DNA from: Acidobacteriota bacterium
Lineage (GTDB): Bacteria > Acidobacteriota > UBA6911 > RPQK01 > JADFOI01
Reading direction: 5' to 3'
Assembly: GCA_963663035.1 (NCBI GenBank)
Contig: OY760074.1
Span: 704,001 to 768,000 of the forward strand
DNA: 64,000 nucleotides
Both the position numbers and the translations under genes were made by a program. The notes beneath the pieces were generated by a model. That model was not told the DNA's origin. It was given only the letters and a program-made list of their open reading frames with translations, and searched no databases. Shown one piece after another: positions 8,499-17,121 of the stretch (its first letter is position 1; every line of letters starts with the position of its first letter).

Positions 8499-9758
8499 AT
8501 GCTGAGTAAAGCAAAAGTCATAATGGTCTTTCTTTCTGCGGTCTTTGTCGTCTATGGCATAGTCGGCGGGATGCTCAACAGAGTTTCAGCAAAAGATAAT
8601 GCTTATCGAGGTCTTAGGATTTTCACGGACGTGCTCACCAAAGTCAGAGAGGCTTACGTTGAGGAACCGGATCTGGAAAAGCTCATGCGCGGCGGTCTGC
8701 ACGGAATGATGGAGGCATTGGACCCCTATTCGAGTTTCATTGATGGGGAGACTTATGAGGAGATCCAGAGGGTAAGGGGTGAAATGACGGCCTCACCAGG
8801 AATCATAATCTCCAGACGTTATGGTTATGCCTATGTCGTTTCCGTTGTTTCAGGTAGTCCTGCAGCGAAAAGTGGCTTGCGAACGGGAGATCTCCTGGAG
8901 TCCATCGACGGTCGGGGGACGAGTCAGATGAGTCTGTGGGAGGCCAGGAAATTGTTGGCTGGCAGGGAAGGGAGTTCAGTAGACCTCCGTTTGATTCGAG
9001 CTCGTAGAAGCGCCCCTTCACAGATGGCATTGGTTCGTGAGGAGAAACGCCTCCCAGAAATTTCCGCCCGTATGGTGGAGGATGGTATTGGATTCTTATC
9101 ACTCCCCCACTTCGAGGAAGGAGCTGCACAACTGGTTTCCTCAAAGCTGAAGATGCTGCAAGCGTCTGGAATGGAAGGACTGCTGGTGGATGTGCGAGGA
9201 ACAGCTCTGGGAGCTTTTGGAGAGGCCGTGAAGGTTAGTGATTTCTTCCTTCCCAAAGGCAAGAGGATCTTGACTGTAAACAATCGTGATGGCGAAAGGA
9301 CAGAGTTTTTTTCCTTGACGGATCCGATTGTTTCGGATATTCGAATAGTCTTGTTGATTGACCGGGGGAGTAGCGGAGCCGCGGAAGTGTTTGCTGCGTC
9401 TCTGGAGGATAATGATATCGCTGTGACGGTCGGAGAAAGGACTGACGGTCAGGGTTCGATTCAAGAATTTATTTTCCTGGAAGATGGTGCAGCCATGGAA
9501 ATTCTAACAGGACTGTTTTATCGTGCCACAGGAACACCCATTCAGAGCAGAGATCTGAGCGAGTCGGGAATCTCCCCGGAGATACGATCTCCCGATCAAG
9601 ATTTTGTGACCAACTTTTATTTTAAAAATACTGCTGACGAGACTGAACCAACTCTTCAAGATGAGTTCTATCAGAGACTCAACAGTGCCATCCGTGAGCT
9701 GCAATTTGAGGAGGGACTCAAGCAGATCCGCAGTCAATTGTTGAGAGAGGCTGCCTAA
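8499..9758 (+). CDS. S41A (CtpA/Prc-like) PDZ protease homolog, probably inactive
   Basis: Signal/TM, LDPYS, PDZ (GSPAAKSGLRTGD), S41 core with SSGAAE and TDGQG in place of SASASE and TFGKG. Confidence 0.85.
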   Translation: MLSKAKVIMVFLSAVFVVYGIVGGMLNRVSAKDNAYRGLRIFTDVLTKVREAYVEEPDLEKLMRGGLHGMMEALDPYSSFIDGETYEEIQRVRGEMTASPGIIISRRYGYAYVVSVVSGSPAAKSGLRTGDLLESIDGRGTSQMSLWEARKLLAGREGSSVDLRLIRARRSAPSQMALVREEKRLPEISARMVEDGIGFLSLPHFEEGAAQLVSSKLKMLQASGMEGLLVDVRGTALGAFGEAVKVSDFFLPKGKRILTVNNRDGERTEFFSLTDPIVSDIRIVLLIDRGSSGAAEVFAASLEDNDIAVTVGERTDGQGSIQEFIFLEDGAAMEILTGLFYRATGTPIQSRDLSESGISPEIRSPDQDFVTNFYFKNTADETEPTLQDEFYQRLNSAIRELQFEEGLKQIRSQLLREAA

Positions 9759-9824
9759 AACCCTCAGCTAATATTAGGGCACTAATCCATCAACTAAACC
9801 ATAAATCAATCAAAAGGAGGAGAG

Positions 9825-10094
9825 ATGAACAAAGGTCAGTTAATTGAGGCAATTGCTAAAGATGCGAAAATCACGAAGTCCCAGGCTGGGGGAGCACTGG
9901 ATGCTTTTGTGAAGAATGTGCAAGTGTCTCTTAAAAAAGGAGATAAAGTGACGATTGTGGGTTTTGGGACCTTCTCGGCCTCCAACCGAGCCGCCCGCAT
10001 GGGCCGCAATCCCCAGACTGGACAACCGATCAAGATTCCGGCTAAGAGAGTCGCCAAGTTCTCAGCCGGCAAGTCTCTCAAGTCCGCGATCTAA
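9825..10094 (+). CDS. hup: DNA-binding protein HU
   Basis: MNKGQLI...GFGTF...GRNPQTG; AGGAGG SD upstream. Confidence 0.96.
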   Translation: MNKGQLIEAIAKDAKITKSQAGGALDAFVKNVQVSLKKGDKVTIVGFGTFSASNRAARMGRNPQTGQPIKIPAKRVAKFSAGKSLKSAI

Positions 10095-10191
10095 TTGATC
10101 TATACGCTAGTGTCTCCTGGAATCGATTGTCGTTGTATCGCTGAGAGTGATCTTGTCCTTGTTGAGCAGGCGACGAGAGTTCCTATCGGGA

Positions 10192-10289
10192 ACTGGCAAC
10201 TGACCAGAGACACCAGACGTCGACAACACACAACAGACAACGAGCAGTCGACAGCAGCAATGCGTGTCCCTTGTGAGTTGTCTGTTGTG
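10192..10289. repeat. Heptamer-repeat hairpin upstream of tRNA-Val
   Basis: ACAACAC/ACAACAG/ACAACGA units; CACAACAGACAAC (10229-10241) pairs perfectly with GTTGTCTGTTGTG (10277-10289). Confidence 0.6.
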
Positions 10290-10331
10290 GCTTATGTCAA
10301 CCCATCTTTTGTCAGTTATCATGTGGAACGT

Positions 10332-10406
10332 AGGTGCGTAGCTCAGGGGGAGAGCACTTCCTTGACACGGAAGGGGTCAGCGGTTCAAATCCGCTCGCAC
10401 CTACCA
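10332..10406 (+). tRNA. tRNA-Val(GAC)
   Basis: Acceptor AGGTGCG/CGCACCT, anticodon arm CTTCC-TTGACAC-GGAAG, GGTTCAAATCC T-arm, encoded CCA. Confidence 0.96.
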
Positions 10407-10414
10407 TTTTTATC

Positions 10415-12247
10415 TTGAGTCGAAGCACTTTGTCAGAGCTGGAATTAAGGACCATCCGCAGAGATGGCGAGATCCTGCAGGTGACGGAGCCCGAGGAGGC
10501 TCTGGAAGTCCTGCGCCATTCGACCTCTCATCTCATGGCGCTGGCCGTCACCCAACTCTTCCCGGAAGTGCACTTGGGTATTGGGCCTGCTACCAAAGAA
10601 GGCTTTTACTATGACTTTCAGACTCCTCACCGGTTGACTGAAGAAGATTTGGAAGAGATCGAGAAGAGAATGCGGAAAATCAGGAAGCAGGATCTGCACT
10701 TTGAGCCTTCCATTGTGAATAAAAAGGAAGCGCTGGAACTCTTTCGGCAGGAAGGAGAGATTCTCAAGACCGAACTGATCGAGGAGCGGGACGGGGAGGT
10801 GCTCTCTTGTTACAGGTTGGGAGAGTTGGTTGATTTTTGCACGGGTCCACATGTGTTCTCTACCTCCCAACTGGGTGTGTTCAAGCTGTTGTCTGTGGCC
10901 GGATCCTATTGGAGAGGGGACGAAACGCGCACCCAATTGCAGCGGATCTACGGTACAGCCTTCTTTGAAGAGACGGCACTACAGGAACACCTCGCCAAAT
11001 TGGAGGAAGCTCTCAAGCGTGATCATCGTCGGGTGGGGAAACAACTGGACCTTTTCAGTTCTCAGGATAGAGTGGCTCCCGGCTTGATTTTCTGGCATCC
11101 CAAAGGAGCGCAGGTCAGAGAACTGATTGAGGATTTCATGCGTCTCCAGTTGACCAGACGAGGATATCAGCGGGTATACACTCCTCATATTGCCAAGAGT
11201 GACCTCTGGAAGACTTCGGGGCATTACGAATACTTTCTAAAGAACATGTACACCTTGCCAGTGGATGAGGAAGAGTACGTGTTGAAGCCCATGAACTGTC
11301 CTGGGCATATCCTGATTTATCAGTCCACCAAGCGAAGTTATCGTGACTTGCCTGTGCGGCTTGCAGAGTTTGGCACGGTCTATCGGCGTGAGAAATCAGG
11401 GACTCTTCACGGCATGTTACGGGTCCGTGGTTTTACCCAGGATGACGCCCACATCTTCTGCCGTCCGGATCAAGTCCTGGATGAAGTGATACAGACTCTC
11501 GATCTGGCTGAATACGTTCTGAAAAGCTTTGGCTTCGATGGTTTTGAAGTGACTTTGTCGGTTCGGGATCCCGCTCACGGGGAGCACTATGCAGGTAAGA
11601 GCGAAGACTGGGAGAAGGCTGAAGCTGTCTTGGTTCAGGCACTGGAAAGCAAGGGATGGCCCTATAAACGATGTGAAGGCGAAGCTGTCTTTTACGGCCC
11701 TAAGATCGATGTGGAGATTTTGGATGTGCTGGGACGACCCTGGCAGTTGAGCACGTTTCAGTTCGATTTCAGTTTGCCTGAGCGCTTCAAGGTGACCTAT
11801 GTGGGAGCTGATTCCAAGGACCACTTAGTGATCATGATTCACCGAGCTCTGCTGGGATCTCTCGAGCGTTTCATGGGAATTTTGATTGAGCACTATGGGG
11901 GCGCGTTTCCCCTTTGGCTGGCCCCAGTTCAGGCACTCGTCATCCCGATCAGCGAGAAGTATCATGAGTACGCACTTCAGATTGAAAAGGAGCTTAAGGA
12001 AGCAGAGGGGGGAGCCATTCGGGTGGAAACAGACCTCAGGAATGAGAAGCTGGGATACAAGATTCGAGGGGGGCAGGTGCAGAAAGTTCCGTACATGCTG
12101 ATTGTAGGCGAGAAAGAAGCGGCAGCCCACACGGTAGCCGTTCGCAATCGTTTTCAGGGCGAGCAGGGGACAATGAAGGTTGAGGATCTGGCAAACTTGA
12201 TCCATAATCTTGTGGAAAAGAAAGTAGTGGAGGAAACGGATCAATAG
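10415..12247 (+). CDS. thrS: Threonine--tRNA ligase (short N-terminus)
   Basis: RHSTSHL, DFCTGPH, RDHRRVG, KPMNCP, RVRGFTQDDAH, HRALLGSLERF. The ORF-track start overlaps the tRNA, so the start is reassigned to in-frame TTG at 10415 or 10430. Confidence 0.95.
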   Translation: MSRSTLSELELRTIRRDGEILQVTEPEEALEVLRHSTSHLMALAVTQLFPEVHLGIGPATKEGFYYDFQTPHRLTEEDLEEIEKRMRKIRKQDLHFEPSIVNKKEALELFRQEGEILKTELIEERDGEVLSCYRLGELVDFCTGPHVFSTSQLGVFKLLSVAGSYWRGDETRTQLQRIYGTAFFEETALQEHLAKLEEALKRDHRRVGKQLDLFSSQDRVAPGLIFWHPKGAQVRELIEDFMRLQLTRRGYQRVYTPHIAKSDLWKTSGHYEYFLKNMYTLPVDEEEYVLKPMNCPGHILIYQSTKRSYRDLPVRLAEFGTVYRREKSGTLHGMLRVRGFTQDDAHIFCRPDQVLDEVIQTLDLAEYVLKSFGFDGFEVTLSVRDPAHGEHYAGKSEDWEKAEAVLVQALESKGWPYKRCEGEAVFYGPKIDVEILDVLGRPWQLSTFQFDFSLPERFKVTYVGADSKDHLVIMIHRALLGSLERFMGILIEHYGGAFPLWLAPVQALVIPISEKYHEYALQIEKELKEAEGGAIRVETDLRNEKLGYKIRGGQVQKVPYMLIVGEKEAAAHTVAVRNRFQGEQGTMKVEDLANLIHNLVEKKVVEETDQ

Positions 12248-12794
12248 AACTCGTATCAATCATCAGATAAGATCCCGTGAACTTCGGGTGATCGACGAGG
12301 ATGGTGGCCAGTTGGGAGTTATGACTCCTGGGCAGGCACTCGGAATGGCGGAAGAAAGAGGGCTTGATTTAGTGGAAGTTGCACCAACGGCCAATCCGCC
12401 TGTTTGCCGAATCATGGATTATGGAAAGTACCGCTATGAGCAGAGCAAGAGGGCTCAAGAGGCAAAGAGGCATCAAAAGACGGTCCAGGTCAAGGAGGTC
12501 AAGTTTCGGCCCAAAATCGACGAACATGATTTCAACTTCAAAAAGAATCATATTCTCAGGTTTCTGAAAGAGGAACACAAGGTCAAGGCCACGGTGATGT
12601 TCCGGGGCCGAGAAGTCACGCATGCCGAACTTGGGGAACAGATATTGCGACGTTTGGTGGTTGAGCTCGACGAGTTTGGTGTTATGGAAAGAGGGCCCAA
12701 GCTGGAGGGACATACCATGACCATGATTCTGAGTCCCAAGAAGGGAGCGCACCGTGAAGTTAAGGACGAAAAGAGCAGCAGCGAAACGCTTTAA
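12240..12794 (+). CDS. infC: Translation initiation factor IF-3, non-canonical ATC start
   Basis: In-frame extension [19 protein letters not shown]; GGAGG SD at 12229-12233; in-frame TAG at 12225 bounds the start. Confidence 0.93.
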   Translation: MNRTRINHQIRSRELRVIDEDGGQLGVMTPGQALGMAEERGLDLVEVAPTANPPVCRIMDYGKYRYEQSKRAQEAKRHQKTVQVKEVKFRPKIDEHDFNFKKNHILRFLKEEHKVKATVMFRGREVTHAELGEQILRRLVVELDEFGVMERGPKLEGHTMTMILSPKKGAHREVKDEKSSSETL

Positions 12795-12948
12795 GTTGAC
12801 TGGAAAAGGGAAAATAAAGAGAGGGCACAGCCATCGCAGTCATATTCTGACCAAGAAGTCTTCAAAGCGGAAAAGGGGCTTGAGAAAACCGGCAACTGTG
12901 AGTAAGCCTGACGAAAAACGTGTCAAAATGATGCTGAAACTGAGGTAG
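12754..12948 (+). CDS. rpmI: 50S ribosomal protein L35
   Basis: [11 protein letters not shown]...HILTKK pattern; infC-rpmI-rplT synteny. Confidence 0.95.
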   Translation: MKLRTKRAAAKRFKLTGKGKIKRGHSHRSHILTKKSSKRKRGLRKPATVSKPDEKRVKMMLKLR

Positions 12949-12958
12949 AATTTAGATT

Positions 12959-13318
12959 ATGGGCCGAGTTAGACGTGGAAATAAGAGGCTTCGACGCCGA
13001 AAGAAGATTTTACGACAGGCCAAGGGCTACTGGGGAACCAAGAGCAAGCTGCATAAGGCTGCCAAACAGCAGATCATAAAGTCACTGAATTATGCCTACC
13101 GGGACCGGCGGCAGAAAAAGAGACGCTTCCGCAGGCTATGGATTATTCGCATTGCGGCTGCGGCCAGACAACATGGCTGCTCTTACAGTCAATTCATACA
13201 CGGTCTAAATAAGGCTGGGGTAACTCTCAACAGAAAGGTGCTGGCGGATCTGGCAGTTCGTGAAGAAAAGGCATTTGAGGAAATTATGCGGACTGCCAAA
13301 GAGGCGCTTGCCGATTAG
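12959..13318 (+). CDS. rplT: 50S ribosomal protein L20
   Basis: AKGYWG, YAYRDRRQKKRRFRRLWI, LNRKVLADLA. Confidence 0.96.
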   Translation: MGRVRRGNKRLRRRKKILRQAKGYWGTKSKLHKAAKQQIIKSLNYAYRDRRQKKRRFRRLWIIRIAAAARQHGCSYSQFIHGLNKAGVTLNRKVLADLAVREEKAFEEIMRTAKEALAD

Positions 13319-14349
13319 TGAAATCCTCCCAAGACGAAGTTCATCCTTTGTGGGACGAGTTTTGTCGAGATCTTGAGACGGTTTCTGGTTCAGATGAGCT
13401 GACTGATCTCAAGGATAAGTATCTCAGTCGAAACAGAGGCCTGGTCACTCTCGAACTCAGGAACCTCAAAGGTTTATCTCCTCAAGATCGATCTGAAGCA
13501 GGTCGCCAACTCAACCAGTTGAAGGCGCGAGTGCAGGCCGCCTTGTCCGAGCGGCAGGCGGAGTTCAAGGAAAGGGAACACCTGCTCCAACTGGAAACAG
13601 AACAGATCGACGTCACATTACCTGGATACGACTTTGCGCGTGGGGGCCTTCACCCGGTACGACGTGTTTGGCGGGAGATGGAGGAAATCTCCGTTCGGAT
13701 GGGCTTTACAGTCATGTCGGGTCCGGAAGTGGAATCGGACTATTACAACTTTGAAGCCCTGAACATTCCCAAGGGGCATCCCGCTCGTGACGATCAGGAC
13801 ACCTTTTACCTTTCCCAGAATCTGTTGCTGCGAACCCACACTTCCCCGGTGCAGATTCGGACCATGGAAAACCAGAGCCCACCCATTCGAATTGTCGTTC
13901 CCGGTCGGGTTTTCAGACGCGACGCAGCTGATGCCACCCACAATCCAATGTTTCACCAGATGGAAGGGCTGTTGGTGGATGAAGGAATCACGTTGGCTGA
14001 TCTGAAAGGGACCTTGGAGGTCTTTCTGAAAGAGTTGTTCTCTGCTGACACTCGAGTCCGTTTCCGACCCAGTTACTTCCCCTTTGTGGAGCCGGGGGCA
14101 GAGGTGGATATCAGCTGTATCTTCTGTGCCGGGGAGGGTTGTCGGGTGTGTAAGGGCAGTGGCTGGATTGAGATCATGGGTGCCGGGATGGTTCATCCCC
14201 GAGTTTTCGAGATGGTCGGTTACGACTTTGAAAAATACACCGGATTCGCCTGGGGTATGGGGATTGACCGGATTGCGCTCCTGAAATATCAGGTGGACGA
14301 TATGCGCTTGTTCTTTGAAAATGACATCCGCTTTCTCCGCCAGTTTTGA
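13318..14349 (+). CDS. pheS: Phenylalanine--tRNA ligase alpha subunit
   Basis: HPARDDQDTF, LLRTHTSPVQ, RPSYFPFVEP, GFAWGMGIDR. Confidence 0.97.
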   Translation: MKSSQDEVHPLWDEFCRDLETVSGSDELTDLKDKYLSRNRGLVTLELRNLKGLSPQDRSEAGRQLNQLKARVQAALSERQAEFKEREHLLQLETEQIDVTLPGYDFARGGLHPVRRVWREMEEISVRMGFTVMSGPEVESDYYNFEALNIPKGHPARDDQDTFYLSQNLLLRTHTSPVQIRTMENQSPPIRIVVPGRVFRRDAADATHNPMFHQMEGLLVDEGITLADLKGTLEVFLKELFSADTRVRFRPSYFPFVEPGAEVDISCIFCAGEGCRVCKGSGWIEIMGAGMVHPRVFEMVGYDFEKYTGFAWGMGIDRIALLKYQVDDMRLFFENDIRFLRQF

Positions 14350-14367
14350 GGTCGCCGGGAAACTGTA

Positions 14368-16434
14368 ATGAAGGTTAGCTATCAGTGGCTCCAGGCTTAT
14401 GTGAATTTGGACGGCCTGAAAGGCGGCGTGAGTGCACTCGCCGAGGCCCTGACCGGAGTGGGTTTGGCCGTTGAGGAGATTCAAGAGCTGGAGAACGACT
14501 TCATTATTGACCTGGAAGTCACCACGAACCGTCCTGATTGCCTGAATCACCTTGGAATCGCTCGTGAAATTGCCGCTCAGTTTCGACTTCAGCTCAAGTC
14601 CCCTGACTTTTCTCCTCCCCAGAATGGGGCGGATGAATCCACTTCTTTGGCCGCTGATGTGACCATCGAGAATTTCCAACTATGTCCACGCTATGCGGCG
14701 CGTGTTCTGTCCGACTTCACCATTGGAGAGTCACCCGACTGGCTCAAGGAGCGCTTGGAAGCCGTTGGGCAAAGGCCCATTAACAACATTGTCGACATCA
14801 CCAACTTTGTCCTGCTGGAGATGGGCCACCCACTGCATGCCTTCGATTACGACAAGCTGAAGGAACATCGCATCATTGTCAGAACTGCCGAGGCCGGAGA
14901 ACGCCTCACTACCCTGGACGGATTTGAGCGTGAGCTGGATTCTTCCATGCTGGTGATTGGAGATGCCAGCCGTCCTGTTGCCATAGCCGGGATCATGGGA
15001 GGGGAGGAAAGTGAGATTTCTCAGGACACGCGCACGATTCTGCTGGAGAGTGCATACTTCGACCCCGCCTCGGTTCGCAAAACGGCAAAGAATCTAAGTC
15101 TTGGCACGGAAGCCTCCTTTCGTTTTGAACGGGGAGCTGATCCAGAGATCCCGGTAAAAGCGCTGAATCGCACCTGCCGTTTGATTCAGGAGATCGCCGG
15201 TGGTGTTATGGCGGGTCCGGTTATTGATGAGTATCCCAATCCCCCAGCTCGAAACTCTGTTCAGCTGCGCTCCCAGCGTATCGCCCAGGTCCTGGGAGTG
15301 GAGATCGATCCCGAGTTTGTCACTGATACTCTGGCACGCCTTGAGTTTGTGGCTTCTAAAACCGAAAAGAATATCTGGCAGGTTCCGAGTTTTCGAGTCG
15401 ATGTGGGTCTTGAGGAGGATCTGGTCGAAGAAGTAGGTCGACACTATGGATATGACCGAATTGAAAGTACCTATCCGAATGCTCCAGGTGTGGGCAGCTT
15501 TCTGGCGACCGATGGCCATGACCGCGTCCTGACACGAGCACTCGAGGGCTTTGGCTTTCTGGAGGCCTTCAATTATGTCTTTACGAACCCATCGAGAGAG
15601 GCCCTTTTTGGGAATTCAGCCCTTTCCCAGGCTGCCATCTCCAATCCTCTCAGCGAGGAGGACAGCCATCTGAGTGTCAGCCTGGTCCCAGGACTGGTGG
15701 AGGCGCTGCGCCGGAATCTGAACCATGGAAACAAAAACGTCAGACTTTTCGAATTGGGAAAGGTTTTCATTCCGGACGCTTCAGAGGATGGGGTGGGCCC
15801 TCAGGAGAGCTGGCGATTGGGCTTAGTGGCCACAGGCGCGTTTTATCAGCCCTTCTGGAACACGGCCCAAGATGAGTTTCACTTTCACCATTTAAAGGGC
15901 ATCGTAGAGGCGTTGCTCGAAAAGCTCGGTCGAGAGGGGGAGTTTCAGGATGTCTCTGATATCTCCTTTCTTCATCCTGGAATTTCCGCAAGCGTCGCAG
16001 TCGATGGAGAATTGTGCGGGGCCCTGGGGCAGCTGCACCCTCGGCTTCAAGATGCCTTTAAGTTCTTACACTCCGTTTACGTGGCAGAGCTGTTTCTGGA
16101 GCCGCTCCACGGGCATCCTCTCCCCCAGCCACGATATGAACCTCTGGAAAGACTTCCCTCGGTCCAGAGGGACCTCTCTTTTATCGTTGACAAAGAGGTA
16201 GAATACGCTAGAATGTTATCGGTTGTGGAGAAACTGGGCATCCCGGAACTCCACGACATTGAGCTCATTGATCTCTACCAAAGCTCCACCCTTCCTCAGG
16301 GCAAGGTTAGCTTGGCTATACGGTTAACCTTTGCCAGTCCGAAAAAAACGTTAACGCAGGAAGAAGTTAACCGCTCCACCGAAGAGATTGCTTCGCTGTT
16401 GGAGAAAACTTTTTCTACAGAAACTCGCTCCTAG
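14368..16434 (+). CDS. pheT: Phenylalanine--tRNA ligase beta subunit (688 aa, short form)
   Basis: NRPDCL, LLESAYF, RFERG, EEDLVEEVGR, C-terminal RDLSF FDX-ACB domain. Confidence 0.95.
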   Translation: MKVSYQWLQAYVNLDGLKGGVSALAEALTGVGLAVEEIQELENDFIIDLEVTTNRPDCLNHLGIAREIAAQFRLQLKSPDFSPPQNGADESTSLAADVTIENFQLCPRYAARVLSDFTIGESPDWLKERLEAVGQRPINNIVDITNFVLLEMGHPLHAFDYDKLKEHRIIVRTAEAGERLTTLDGFERELDSSMLVIGDASRPVAIAGIMGGEESEISQDTRTILLESAYFDPASVRKTAKNLSLGTEASFRFERGADPEIPVKALNRTCRLIQEIAGGVMAGPVIDEYPNPPARNSVQLRSQRIAQVLGVEIDPEFVTDTLARLEFVASKTEKNIWQVPSFRVDVGLEEDLVEEVGRHYGYDRIESTYPNAPGVGSFLATDGHDRVLTRALEGFGFLEAFNYVFTNPSREALFGNSALSQAAISNPLSEEDSHLSVSLVPGLVEALRRNLNHGNKNVRLFELGKVFIPDASEDGVGPQESWRLGLVATGAFYQPFWNTAQDEFHFHHLKGIVEALLEKLGREGEFQDVSDISFLHPGISASVAVDGELCGALGQLHPRLQDAFKFLHSVYVAELFLEPLHGHPLPQPRYEPLERLPSVQRDLSFIVDKEVEYARMLSVVEKLGIPELHDIELIDLYQSSTLPQGKVSLAIRLTFASPKKTLTQEEVNRSTEEIASLLEKTFSTETRS

Positions 16435-16447
16435 TGGGTTGGTGACC

Positions 16448-16699
16448 GTGGCAGAAAAGGCTCTCGACCAGTTGGAAACTCGAGTCATTCAAGCGGTTCA
16501 GCTTTTGAGCAGTCTTCAAAGTGAAGTTCGGACTCTTCAAGAGGAGGTTCAAACATTAAAAAGCAGCCTGGAGGAAGTCAAAAAAGATAACAAACTGAAG
16601 AATCAAGTCCTTAAACAATTTAGAAATGACCGTCTAAGAATTCGGTCCAGGGTGGAACAGGCTCTCAGGAAGGTGATTGCCCTGGAGGAACCAAGTTAA
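16448..16699 (+). CDS. zapB: Cell division protein ZapB-like coiled coil
   Basis: LDQLETRVIQAVQLL coiled coil between pheT and zapA; start uncertain (GTG 16442 or 16448). Confidence 0.65.
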   Translation: MAEKALDQLETRVIQAVQLLSSLQSEVRTLQEEVQTLKSSLEEVKKDNKLKNQVLKQFRNDRLRIRSRVEQALRKVIALEEPS

Positions 16700-16717
16700 T
16701 CGAAGGTGGAACAGTCC

Positions 16718-17023
16718 ATGAGTGAAGATCCAAAACAGGTTACGGCCGTTGAGATTTTCAAGCAAACTTACCAAGTGAGCAGTGGAGGTGATCCCGAGTA
16801 TGTTCAGCAGTTGGCAGAATATGTCGACAGAATGATGACGGATGTCTTTGAACGTACTTCTGCTGTTGATAGTTTGAAGGTAGCCGTTTTGGCGGCTTTG
16901 AATATTGCGGATGAGTGTTTTGCGGCTCAGCACAAATTTAGTGCTCTGGAAGACACCGTGACCGAGAGAAGTGAAAAAATCAGCACTCTACTGGACCCGT
17001 TCGTCGCTTCCGAGTCCTCTTGA
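16718..17023 (+). CDS. zapA: Cell division protein ZapA
   Basis: VEIFKQTY...LAEYVDRMM...VAVLAALNIADE. Confidence 0.9.
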   Translation: MSEDPKQVTAVEIFKQTYQVSSGGDPEYVQQLAEYVDRMMTDVFERTSAVDSLKVAVLAALNIADECFAAQHKFSALEDTVTERSEKISTLLDPFVASESS

Positions 17024-17121
17024 GTGCCTTCTAAAGTTTCTACCTGACAGCAGGGGAAAAGCTCCCACCTGTGCCCCTTTCTTTAAGACGGCCACTTCAC
17101 GATAGAGAGCAGGAGTGTCTT

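Noticed and set aside
10334-10414. N-terminal extension of the thrS ORF
   Set aside because: It overlaps the tRNA-Val gene
13618-14679. Long antisense ORFs (also 32154-33179, 29278-30072 and 61454-62179)
   Set aside because: They are shadows of well-conserved genes on the opposite strand and have no recognisable motifs
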